Source: the human T2T-CHM13v2.0 reference genome, Homo sapiens
Length of the DNA stretch: 64,000 nucleotides
Assembly: GCF_009914755.1 (NCBI RefSeq)
Contig: NC_060947.1
Strand: one strand, 5' to 3'
A program made the position numbers and the translations under genes. Under the pieces are notes generated by a model. The model saw only the letters and a list, made by a program, of their open reading frames with translations. It was not told where the DNA came from and did not search any database. Shown in pieces: positions 14,521 through 26,450 of this stretch. How positions within the stretch are numbered: position 1 is the first letter of the stretch; each line of letters begins with the position of its first letter.

Positions 14521-15769
14521 ACAGTACATCTGGGATGGAGCCTAAAAAAATTCTGCATTCCTAATAAGCTCCCAGAGGATACTGATGTTAATGCTGCTGG
14601 ACCTTGCTTGAGTAGCAAGCCCTGTACCATTACAGCAGCCTCCCACCCAATCCCTACCCCGAGTATCTCTCTGCTCCAATCCTATTACGTTCCTATTTCA
14701 CAACGTATAATGATTCCCTGTCACCTATTGTATAAAGTCAAAGTCCTCAGCCTGTCTGTCAAAATCCTTTGGCAGCTGGCCATATTTATGCTTTTAGTAA
14801 TATTTCTTACTGCTCTCCACCGGGCACCTTCTGCTCCTGTCAACCTGATCTCCTCCCAACCTTCTGCACACATCACATTTATTCCTTTTCCTGGGCTTTC
14901 TATTATCACTATGTCCACTTATTTCCAACCGTCACCAATATACATATAACTAACATGTCTTGCACCCTCCTCTGCTATCCAAACTCAACCTCCAAGGCCT
15001 AGCTCAGCTCTTATTTCCCCCATAAAATTTTCCCCGCTTTATTTTTACCTAACAGTTTTATGAGTCACAATCTCAACTTCCAAGCTTAATTTTAAGCAAT
15101 TTTAGGTCAGGAATATATCTCATAAGTCTTAATAGCTCTGGGGCACCCAGCACAGGGTTGGACACAAAAAAAGTAAGTAAGTGTCAATTGACTGAATCTG
15201 CCTGTCACATTCAATGTGGCCACATGCCTACAAGCACTGCCAAAATTTACTCCCAGGTTTTACAACAACAGAGAGAATCCCTGAAAAAATCCACTCCCCT
15301 CTTCCCTGCCACCTTCCTCTATACCAAGTTACTCTCTTATTTATTCTTTCCACATCACCGGCAGGTAAGAAGGTAACATATTGAGAGGACAGCTTTTATT
15401 ATGGGCAGCAATAGAAGGGGAAATAATGTCACAGCTAATCCAAAAGCCGTTTCATTTTGGATTTGAAATCCCTTCTTTGATCAGGAAGGCAGATGTGCTG
15501 TGAACTCATTAGGGTTTCCCTAAGCAGTGTGAATCATCTACAAGAACACATTGAGAAGGCAGCCAGGGGAGATAGACCTGAGAACACAATGGCTGATGAA
15601 GGAAGATCATCTGAGAAAGATAAATACCCCACGACAGATAACACACATTGAAGGTAATGAACAAAACAAGTAACAGAGAGATGAAGACAGACCAAGACAG
15701 ACATGATCCTGAGGCTTGCGTATTCCACACATCAGACCATAAAGACCATTTTACGAAAGAACAAAATCC

Positions 15770-16015
15770 ACTATATTTTGAATGTTTACTATCTGTCAGA
15801 CGTTGTACTGTTCACTTTGCACAAATCAACCCATGTTAATCCATACCACAATCCTGTGAGTTAGATGCTAAGGGTAGTCCCATTTCCCTGATGAGGAAGC
15901 TGAGGCTCAGAAAGGTTAAGCGACTGCTCCGTGATCAAACAGCTAGAAATTGGTTGAGCTGGGACTTGAACCCAGTACTATCTGAAGCTAAAGCCCTTAT
16001 TCTCAATCTCTATAT
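15770..16015 (-). mobile_element. MIR
   Basis: ccccatttccctgatgaggaagctgaggctcagaaaggttaag...gctgggacttgaaccc. Confidence 0.85.
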
Positions 16016-16238
16016 TCTAGGTCTAGCCCTCATCCTCATTTTGGTAGATAATGCATGAAAATATCTGTGAAAGATTCATGGAAATTTAGAAAGCAGCAGA
16101 AAGTTACTATTCAGTTCCTATCCACACCTAGATACTTCAAAACCTCCTGCCCCTTGACTGCCCTAGGCTATCCAGGGCATCTCATCAGGTGGGGAAGGAA
16201 CCCCAGCATTATACTTCCAAGGAAGTATGCTCATTCTA

Positions 16239-16282
16239 TATACATATATGTGTGTGTGCGTGTGTGTATATATATGTGTGTG

Positions 16283-16331
<49 letters not shown>
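16239..16331. repeat. Compound (TA)n/(TG)n microsatellite in an Alu tail
   Basis: Lies between the Alu poly-T and its TSD tgctcattcta. Confidence 0.95.
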
Positions 16332-16333
<2 letters not shown>

Positions 16334-16631
16334 TTTTTTTTTGAGATGGAGTCTCACTCTGTCACCAGGCTGGAGTGCAGTGCAGTGCAGTGGCGCAATC
16401 TCAGCTCACTGCAACCTCTGCCTCCTGGGTTCAAGCGATTCTCGTGCCTCAGCCTCCCGAGTAGCTGAGATTACAGGCACATGCCACCACACCCAGCTAA
16501 TTTTTGTATTTTAGTAGAGACTGGGTTTCACCATGTTGGCCAGGATGGTCTCAATCACCTGACCTCAAGTGATCTGCCCACCTCAACTTCCCAAAGTGCT
16601 GGGATTACAGGTGTGAGCCACTGCGCCCAGC
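16332..16631 (-). mobile_element. AluS
   Basis: Full antisense Alu with an extra gtgca repeat; TSD tgctcattcta on both sides. Confidence 0.95.
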
Positions 16632-16679
16632 TGCTCATTCTACATTTTAAGCCCTTTATTCCAAAGTCTGCAGGGTGGC

Positions 16680-17160
16680 AATGAGTGTAATTAAATAATC
16701 AAATTCTGTTACCAGGTAACTAATGGATTACCCCTCCCAGGTAATACAAAGCATTCGCTATATTAAAACAGAACACCCTAAACAGGCAATCTAATGACAG
16801 GAATTGGGGCACTTTGCCAAGCCCAAGGGAAAGCAAGTTTGGAGCCAAAAAACCTTTTCATGCCCCCCCTAGTATGCCTCTTCTTCCTTTGGGTTTGATA
16901 TGCACCTTAAACACATCATTGCTTGCACTTTTCTTATTTAACAACAAGCAGTAGAACAGAATGTGGCTTCTTTAAAAAAAATTCTAATGAAGTTTCCAAT
17001 TCTCAATTAAAAGAAACATCTTTCCATCCATCTATTTATCCCTGCCAAGCATTTGCGTTTTGAAGCTGGAAGTTTCATTATCTGAAATTTGCAGGCAATT
17101 ACTAGGTCTAGTAACTCCCAAGATGTGAGCATTTTTTCCAACAGTCTGAAGTGAAAAGTG
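16680..17160. promoter_or_regulatory. Candidate conserved non-coding element (enhancer-like)
   Basis: Repeat-free; clustered TAAT/TGACAG motifs (gtaattaaataatc, ctaatggatta, ctaatgacagg); conservation and activity inferred, not tested. Confidence 0.35.
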
Positions 17161-17165
17161 ATTTT

Positions 17166-17167
<2 letters not shown>

Positions 17168-17206
<39 letters not shown>

Positions 17207-17227
17207 CGGCGGGGCGGTGGGGTGGGG
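17168..17227. repeat. (GT)15(GC)5 microsatellite followed by G-tracts
   Basis: Read directly from the sequence. Confidence 0.95.
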
Positions 17228-18264
17228 TACGGTTACGGAGACAGTCCACTTAGAAAAGAAAGATGTAATGAAGGCAGGCAGGAGAAGAGGCAATGGAAAC
17301 CAGATCCAGCCATATATTTGTCTCATCTGACTTTGCGAGCTCCAGAAGTATTAATGAGCAGCCTTCCAAGTCCCAGGGGAAGCTTTTAGATTTACAGCTT
17401 TAAACAACAACTTGCCCTCATTTTGGCACAAAGTCAAACCAAAATTTGTCATAGCTCATAATGCTTGTTAACGAAGAACATCAAAAATTAATGCTCATTA
17501 GGGTGCTTGTTAAAATGCACGGTACTCTCCAGTTTGACTTAAGTATAAAGCACCACTTCACAATAATATTACGGCCCAGCAGAGAGAGGAGGCTGTTCAA
17601 GTCTGAAGGGTGTTCCCTTGGGACAGCATTAGCCGCAGTGCAAGACTGGGCACCTGTCAGCCTCTTCCTGAACCTTCCAGACAGGTGAGAAAACAGGAAG
17701 CTCTCAGAGAACAAGTGACTGTGGCTCCCACTGGGATGTCTAATTCCACACTCCAGTTTTCCTGTTCTACAATGTTATTTGGTGAAATGAATTGAATTCA
17801 ATTGCGGTCAGTGGTACAATCAGGTCTTGGCCAAGAAAGAAACCACTAAAGAAAGAAGGAAGCTCAAGAGCTTAATTTAAGCTCAAAACAAATAAATGGC
17901 AGGGGCCAGGACGGTGGGAGGCAGTAAGGAGAGAAGATGAGAAAAAAAGACACAGCAAATAAATTGTTTTAAAAGATAGGGATCAAGGGATAAATAAGAG
18001 TAAGACAGATATCCAGATACTGTCATATTCCAAACCAGAGAACACACAGCGAGGATATTACTATTTGTGTGATGATTTATTAATTTTTTTCTTTGCCAAT
18101 TTGAGGTTTTTAAGACTATTCTTAAAATGTCCAGCAGCATTTCAAAATCATTTGTTCCAGTGGGCCACTGTACGTAAAAACTTGTACTTGAACTCTGGAA
18201 TTTGTGGCCAGTGCTTTTTAGAGAATCTTGAACTTGCAACAAAGGTACAGAGCAAGGGAGAAAA

Positions 18265-18500
18265 TGAGAGTGAGACAGGAGAATTTGAGCCCCAGCTCTA
18301 CTACTTAGTGTGGAAATGAATGACCTTGGAGAAGCCACTTCATCTTGCTAAGCCTCAATTTGCTCATCTGTAAACTATTAGAGTGAGCTGTATGAAATTG
18401 CCATTTCATTTCTGTAGGTCAAAATGCTCAAATATCAGCAGCTTCACGTGGTTCAACCTAATAAAAGGATTAAACAGGATAATATATTTGAAAGCAATTT
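18265..18500 (+). mobile_element. MIR interrupted by MADE2
   Basis: ccccagctctactactt...tgaccttggagaagccactt...gcctcaatttgctcatctgtaaa | aaggattaaacaggataatatatttgaaagc. Confidence 0.75.
18378..18461. mobile_element. MADE2 mariner MITE
   Basis: About 84 bp with terminal inverted repeats ttagagtgagctgtatgaaattgcc...gcagcttcacgtggttcaacctaa, flanked by TA on both sides. Confidence 0.85.
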
Positions 18501-19554
18501 TTAAAGTCTAAAATGCCAAAGATCATTTAAGATCATCCATAACTGTTGCTACTTCAAGAAAAACATATGCATATGCACTATATTATGCTTCACCAATAGG
18601 AGCAGCTAAATCAAATGAAACCTTTCCTCAATATTGCCAAAGGCCTTTCTGATGCAAGATTCAGGATTAGGATAGCTGCAGCCCAAGTCTATCACTGTAA
18701 ACCAATATTATTGACACTGTTTAAGATTATTTTAAAATGTCCTGTCTTGCTGCAATAGGTATTTAACAAAAAGTATTCAGAGTAACTTCCAAATGGCTAC
18801 ACACACACACCCTCCTCAGCCATCCTCCTCTCTCTCCCCAAATTGACTCAAAGCCTTACTAGCAAGAAATGGTATGGAGTTGTACAAGGAAAAGTCCCCA
18901 TAATAGCGTCATTCCAAAGTATTGATTATAGCAGGTCAAAGTAGTACCTAGGACAGAAGGCAGCCCAGATAAGTAAGGAAATTTGACAGAGATTATGCAG
19001 GTTCTAGAAATCAGAGCAGGTAATGGGACTAGGCCAAGTAGGCAAGCTAGAGCCAGAGCAAAGGAGGGCAGGAAAAGTGAAGGCAACTAGTGGGTCCAAA
19101 GCCTGATAAACAACCAGTAACCAAAAGGCCACAAATGTTTGAAGACAAAAAGAGGCGGAAGTTGGGAGCTCTCTAAAAGGCAGAAATGCAGAGGAAGGTA
19201 AGTGACCAAATTTCCAGCAACCAAGAGATATAATAGGACAAAGTACAATTCAGATAAAATAGAAATACCCATCCGGGGAAGGATCTAATTTAGTGGCGCA
19301 AAATGTTGTTGCATCTCTCATCTTAGGAGATTGTTATGCTTCCTGTGAAGGCAGACATCAATTCTGGCATTGCCAGGCTGGGGCTAACAGGGAGAAACAT
19401 TTAGACTATATGGCTGTTGTGAAAAAAAGAGAAGGTTAATCAAAAGATTATTTATGATGATGGGGAGTGGGGCGGGGGTATTGGTGGGAAACAGGGCTCT
19501 GTATGTAGCAAAAAGAAAGCAATTAGCATTAGAGGAAGTATACAGAAAGCCTGC

Positions 19555-20400
19555 ACACACACATACTCCTCTGCCAGTCAAGCTGTGAAGACTCCGAATC
19601 TCTCTGAGGAGCAGAATATGATATTGTATTAGAATAATTGACTTTCCCGTTCAACCTAGATAAGAAACGAATGGCATATTGTACTGGGCACACATCTCTA
19701 ATAGAGATAATGCCGCCTCCTTTGATAGGTGTATAGCATTGTGTCTGTCCAGCAGGCAATCTGAGGCATTTTTTTTTCTTGTCTTCCTAAGTCTGAGCTT
19801 CATTCTCAAACTGACGGTAGGGAATTTCAGTAATGACTTGCTGCCCTGCGTTAGCCCTTTCCTGCTCTGAAAACGCTCCCTCTTTGCGCTTTTTATTCAG
19901 AGACAGTAGTCTGAATTTACATTTGCTGGATTTCATTGTTTCTTCACTCATTGTTGCCCTTCAGAATGTAGCATTCTCCAAACTTGGGATTTTGCTCACT
20001 GCATCGTCTTCCAGCTCATTAATGTAAATAATAAAGAGACTGGTTTCCAATGCTGTTCCCTTTCAGAGCCATATTAATAATTCATTTCCAGCTTGACAAA
20101 GTCCTTTCGGCAGCCGCTTTGTTTGAGGCTTTGCTCCTCACCGTGGCGATAGGTCAATTGTCTTATGGTGAAATTGAACCTGAGGGCCTGAGAAGGGCAT
20201 TTGTATTCCCTGCACGTGACCATAGGGGATTAATATTGTGGGGGGGAAAAGCACCAAGTCCACTTCTAAGGCTCCCTCTGGAGACTTAGCCTCTCGTTCC
20301 CGTGTTCTTTCCAAATCTGCTCTTTTTAGCATTAATTATGAAGACAACGAGCTCAGCGCCAAAGTGTAGAAGCTGGATCCTCAGTTATGCACAGGGAATG
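19555..20400. promoter_or_regulatory. Candidate deeply conserved developmental enhancer
   Basis: Repeat-free; 18 CpGs in 840 bp by my count; TCF/LEF CCTTTGAT (19719), several SOX CATTGT, CACGTG E-box (20213), TAAT cores. Confidence 0.55.
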
Positions 20401-20688
20401 AAAAGTCTGTCAGTCAAGAGAACAGTATTTGTTCTTTTTCTAGAAGAGAACTTAATGACCAAGTTAGGTCAGCTCAGATTGCCTAGGGCATGCAGTGGTT
20501 TATCCAGCATCCTGCACATGGTAGGTGCTTAGATTTCTGCTAACTGACTAGCTTAGTTATAGTATCTAGCCATGAAAGTTGTTCCAGGGACAAAGACCAG
20601 TGAGGTGGTACCCACCGAAATCATCATGCCCCTCTCCTTTTCCACCAGATATTCCTCTGGAACACCCAGTGAGACATACAGTCTAATA

Positions 20689-20879
20689 CAGGGGTGTCCA
20701 AACATTTGGCTTCCCTGGGCCACATTGGAAGAAGAAGCATGGTCTTGGGCCGCACATAAAATACACTAACACTAACCATAGCTGATGAGCTAAAAAAAAA
20801 AAAAAAAATCACAATAAAATCTCATAATGTTTTAAGAAAGTTTACGAATTTGTGTTGGACCACAGGTTGGATAAGCTTG
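20689..20879 (+). mobile_element. MER30 hAT-Charlie element
   Basis: caggggtgtccaaac...cttccctgggccacattggaagaagaa...ggttggataagcttg; perfect 8-bp TSD gtctaata. Confidence 0.93.
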
Positions 20880-21291
20880 GTCTAATACAAGAATTGAAGA
20901 TTTGAAGAGCCACAGATAGGGATTGTAAAAGAGCCAGCTATACACTGAAAGCCATGGGCTATGTGACATCAGGTGAAAACATTCTGCAGAGACAACAGTG
21001 GCCCTTTTTCAATGGTGTAAGGAAGAAGCTAGATGGGAAAAAGCTAACAGGAGCTCTGAGTGATCAGAGAGCACTGTCCAGTACCAAATTATCCATGGAA
21101 AAGTCAGGCAAGAGGAAGTAATCCTATCAGAGCAGCCTCCATGGAGCTGTCCTGGGACAGCAAGACGCATTAACTCCGACTACAGAACCAGAAAATGGTT
21201 TTCATATGGTTACCCATGGATTCCCAATCAGCCCCAACCATTCTTTGTTCCCTGAGTAGATGGGAGTCTACCTAGTGTCATGTTCAGCCTA

Positions 21292-21678
<387 letters not shown>

Positions 21679-21907
21679 TTAGGGAGACTAAGTGCTGGGG
21701 GGATCTAGCCCTTTAACAATACCCTCATCCTGATACCCTCTTCCCCGCAGTAGTCTCATCAGGACCTCTTATGCCTCTTCCCTTCAAATCATTCACAGTC
21801 TTGCTGCTCTTTACTAGGTGGAAGGGGTAATAGTATGGTTAGGTTAATAAATTTCTGCTAGAATGGGTTACACTTCCCCCAAATCAATGTAACATACTAT
21901 GCTATAA

Positions 21908-22170
21908 AAGGCAGTGTAGAATAATGGTTAAAAGTACAGACTCTGGAGCCAGTCTGCCTGGGTTTGTAATATTGGCTCTGCCATTCACTAGCTGTGTGTT
22001 CTTGGGCCTCTCTCTCTCTCTCTCTGTTTCCTCATCTGTAAAATGAGGATACTAAACATAGTATCTTCCTCATAGGGTTGTTACAAGGAATAAGTGTGTT
22101 AATATCTATAAAGCCTTTAGAATAGTGCCTAGTGTATAGTAAGTGCTACATAATTGCTTATTAAATAAAT
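21908..22170 (+). mobile_element. MIR, near full length
   Basis: taatggttaaaagtacagactctggagccagtctgcctgggttt...tttcctcatctgtaaaatgagg...cctcatagggttgtt. Confidence 0.92.
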
Positions 22171-23041
22171 TTAGTTTATTATAATTGCTTTGAAAGGTTT
22201 TCAAAGGGTGATCTTTAATGATGGGATTTCAGGCCCTGCAAGACAATGATATTTTGGAGCACGCCTCACATCACATTACATGGATAACTGTCTATACTAA
22301 TGAGGCCCTTAGACCCTTAGAAATCTATTCATCCAGAATGGATTGACTGCCTGTGACTCTCCACCGTCAATGATTCTTTTTTGCTGCCCAGTGAACATAT
22401 CCAGGACACAAGCTAAAAAGCAAAATCGATGGTTTCTATGCCTCTGCATCTCCAGACCTTTGCCTCCCATCTACCTTTGCAAAGTGCTTACAGGCTAAAC
22501 ACAAATCAGATTCAGCTCCATTAACAGCTCTGCAGATAACAACCTCCAGCCTCCCACTCACCTCCCTGTTCCCTTCTGAACCAACTCATGCTCTGACCCA
22601 ACTAGGTAAGAATGTGTTGGCCGGTCACTGGCATGGGTCAATCTCTCACAGTCTATAGGGCTGTGGAGGAAAAGAGGACATAAATGACCTAGAGGTCAGT
22701 CCTTGTTTGTGTAAAGTGGCATGTCCAACAGGAAACAGAACCCATTCCTATATGAAGAGATTTTGCTTCATATATAATAAGGCTCCCAGTGGGTAGCCTG
22801 ACACCAAATGAATAGCTGTAAGAAAACTATCCTTTCATTGTGACCTGAGCAAAGACCAAAGAATGGTGAAATTGATGGGATTTTAATTCTTCTGGTTTTG
22901 TACTAAGTTGAACAATCTTATAAGATCAGGAACCTGGTGGAATACACTAAGAACCTGGGCTTTGGGAGTATTCGGCTCCCTCTCTTTCACAAAGACAGAT
23001 GACACAGAATTAAATACAACACTGGATTATTCACATTTTGA

Positions 23042-23486
<445 letters not shown>

Positions 23487-23717
23487 TGACTTTCTAAGAG
23501 TCCTATCTCTGCAAATTTTTCACCTCAAATCTGACCTTTCCATTCAATGAACCATGTTTGGCTATGTATTCTCTACACTCCTCTACTTTGTTCCCCTGGC
23601 CTAGCTCATATCCTATTATTTTGTCATCTGTTTTCCAAGATATTAGCAATTTAATTAGCCAAACTGTGTCAGGGCATTAAAGACTGAAAACAAGTTAGCA
23701 TGTTATGCTTATTTGGT

Positions 23718-24148
23718 ATGGCAGCAACTGTTAGCTGTCCTCCAAAATCTATTCTCCCATATTTTTCCTGGCAAAATGACTAGACTACATTCCCCAGTCT
23801 CCTTTGCAATTAGATGTGAACATGTGATTGAATCTTGACCAATGGCATGTGAGACTAGGTACAGGGCGCCACCTTCAGGTCAAAGCTTTTAAGAAAAAGG
23901 TCTTACTCTCCAGTCTGGCTCTTTTCTTCCACCAGCAGTGTCTAGATGCCAATGAGGCCCTAGGGAATTGAGGGGCCACAAAATGGGGAAAACCTGAATC
24001 TCAAAATGACTGTGGGGAGGAGAACCACCCTGCTGACTTGAGAACCCACACGGGATTGCTATGTGAGCAAGAAATAAACTATTATATTGAGCTATTACAT
24101 ATTTGGGTTTACTCATTACCACAGCTTAGCCTAGAACACCCTGAGACA
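23718..24148 (+). mobile_element. MLT1I/J-type MaLR LTR
   Basis: tagactacattccccagtctcctttgcaattagatgtgaacatgtga...gactgtggggaggagaaccacc...gtgagcaagaaataaactattatattgagc. Confidence 0.8.
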
Positions 24149-24329
24149 CCTGGAATATATGCATTCTTACAGACATTACCTATAGACAATATCCTATGTC
24201 AAAGTACTGAATCTCTAATAGCAAGAAATTTCAGGTATCATTGATGGAGATTTTGGAGATAGGGCTTTTTGCAAAAACCCTCACATCATCTACAAAGATA
24301 AATCATGGATGGATTCAGCCACAAAGCAT

Positions 24330-24772
24330 GAAGGGAGAAGAAGTTGGACCAAGCAAACACCCATTAACTAGAATAGGTTTTGAGGGAGTCTGACCACAAT
24401 TTGCAGAGTGGGATCTCAGCCAGGACAGTTGGGAATATCTAGAGCAGTGTTTATAGCCTCAAACAATAGTCAGAGGGAGGAGAGCCAACTCAGTAGCAAG
24501 AACTTCTAGAAAGGTTTCAACCCAGAAGTGAAGCACAGTGTGCATCATCATCATGATATGTCCATATCTTACCAGCTGATAAGGTATCAAAGAAATGGGC
24601 TGGGGCAGACTCTAGGAAGAGAAATTTGGCAGGAGTTAGGCAAGGTTCTGCATGTGGACTTAGCCCTAGAGGGAAACAAGGCCAAATTACCAGACAAACT
24701 GTACAGTGGGATATCAAAGCAAAAGTAACCTAGAAAGGGGGCAAGGAGCACTGCAATTCAGGGGTGTAACGA
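24330..24772 (-). mobile_element. Possible ancient Gypsy-type LTR remnant
   Basis: Purine-rich degenerate block ending ...caggggtgtaac (gttacacccctg on the minus strand); family uncertain. Confidence 0.3.
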
Positions 24773-26159
24773 ACACACAAAGCTCACTCCCAGCTCAGTG
24801 TTTCAAGCCCTGTTAAATTAGTCTGAGGTTGTTGATATATTTTCTGCCATTTTAAACATTGATTTAGGAAAGGGGTAGGGGGTGATCTGGGCCTGCAAAC
24901 AGGGCTCATCGATTCAGTTGAAAGGCACTAGGGAAAACAAAAGCAAGGAAGATGTGGGAGGAACTGACAATTTAAAGATCCATTTTCAGCTAATGTCAGT
25001 TCTGGCCAACAAATCTTCATATTAGAAAGGCATGGCTAATGTCAAATCATAGGCGAACAATTAAAAATGCATAACATCATCTTCATTAAGTCGGTACCAT
25101 TAAAGACCAGAACTATTAGCACATTTAAGCATGCATGACCAGTACCTCTCTTACCAGTTCGTGAGCAAATCCTCTTTGTCCTTGCAAGATTCCACATTAG
25201 CCAGATTCAAAGAATTATCCAGCTAATTTTGGCCATGGCCAGAGGTGGGACTGCATCTGTAGAAATTGCTAAAAAAAAAAAATAGGCTTTCAGTCTCATT
25301 TTGCAATAGTGATCATTTCTGACATTGGATTGTTGTACATTTATTATCTGTCTCCCTCTGAGCCCTTTCACAGCAGCTAAAGTACTCCCTCTGATGGTCT
25401 GTAGATTTCACTCACAACTAACAACAGGGCATTGTTCTGTTGAATTTTTCCTCAGGATGCTTCTAACAGCCCCCCAAAGCTGGAACCCTGACAGCACTTA
25501 GTTCAAGCTTTGATTGAGCTCTTTTGGTCCTTTTTTTTTTTTTTTTTGCAAAGGAAAAAAAAAAGAAACTGGTATAATCTGCTTTAGAATTTGGAATACA
25601 CACACGCGTACAAATATACTATGTACATATAAAATATGCATAATTCAGCAACTTTGCTCTCCCTAATTCTGGAAGACTTTGCTTACAGAACACTTTGCAG
25701 AATTCAAATCAATAAAAAATGCTGTCTTGCCAACCCAAAACGGGCTTATATCAGTGGTGCTTACAGAGGAAGGGGAATTGCAATATCCAATCACTGCAAC
25801 AAGGAAGCTGGCTGCACAGTGTGATATGGCCAGCAAAAGGCCAGCCGCACCATACAAAGTCCTACAATTCTAACCATTCATGTCAAAGAGGTTGTAAGAG
25901 CCATGGGAAGAACCTATAGTCATTTCCCCTTGGGTAGCCATGTTCGTAAAGCCCTCGTGACCCTCTCCAACATGCTTCCCCGCCGATAGAGCCTTACTTG
26001 TCATCCCTATATTCCATGCATTCTTTCTACTTTACCCCAGAGGCTGTTGTTACTGTCTGATCCCTAAGATGAACCTCCTAGCTTCATCCTGCTGTGTTCC
26101 ATAACTATAATTTACCCTACCACAGAAAATCAGTACCCCTTCCCTTTGCAACATCAAAG

Positions 26160-26450
26160 CAGTTTTCAGACATCAGTTTACAAAATAGTCCTGGGCTGTG
26201 ATAAAATTTGGCTTTTTTTAAAAACAAAATTAGAAAAAATAGGGTCAATGTAATGAGAGTTTGTCAAAAAGGTAAATGTATTCAGTTAAAAAGCTGTCTA
26301 TTTTTCTGAGATGATGTCCTTCCTCCTTTTATTTGGGGGCTGGGAGGCATTAAAGCGCCCTTCTTTTTATAAAACTATGGTGATAGTAGATGGTGGTTGA
26401 GATTCGGCTTGGTTTTTTATTTTTTTTACTTTGCAAAAAGAGAAAGAAAG
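26160..26450. mobile_element. Charlie15-like DNA transposon fossil
   Basis: ttctgagatgatgtccttcctcctttt...atggtgatagtagatggt; shares motifs with the copy at 28172. Confidence 0.55.

Larger units (their letters stand above)
13451..14620. mobile_element. MER5 hAT-Charlie element split into about 13451-13535 and 14529-14620
   Basis: cagcacttctcaaac...cttgttaaatacagattctgaatcagtagg | tctgggatggagcct...ttctgcattcctaataagctcccag. Confidence 0.75.
13200..15195 (+). mobile_element. L2 (two parts, about 13200-13440 and 14625-15195) hosting nested MER5, MLT1F and MER1A
   Basis: tagatatcc...cctcaaactcagcacatcaaagtgagc; aagctagaaacttg; later ataaagtcaaagtcctcagcctg, tccaaggcctagctcagctc, cccagcacagggttggacaca...ttgactgaat. 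Confidence 0.7.

Noticed and set aside
18860-19260. Purine-rich block, possibly an ancient LTR (similar block at about 45380-45720)
   Set aside because: Too degenerate to assign by eye
25679-25873. 64-aa ORF with protein-like composition (TEHFAEFKSIKNAVLPTQNG...)
   Set aside because: Non-ATG start, no family I recognise and no convincing splice sites; it cannot be distinguished from chance
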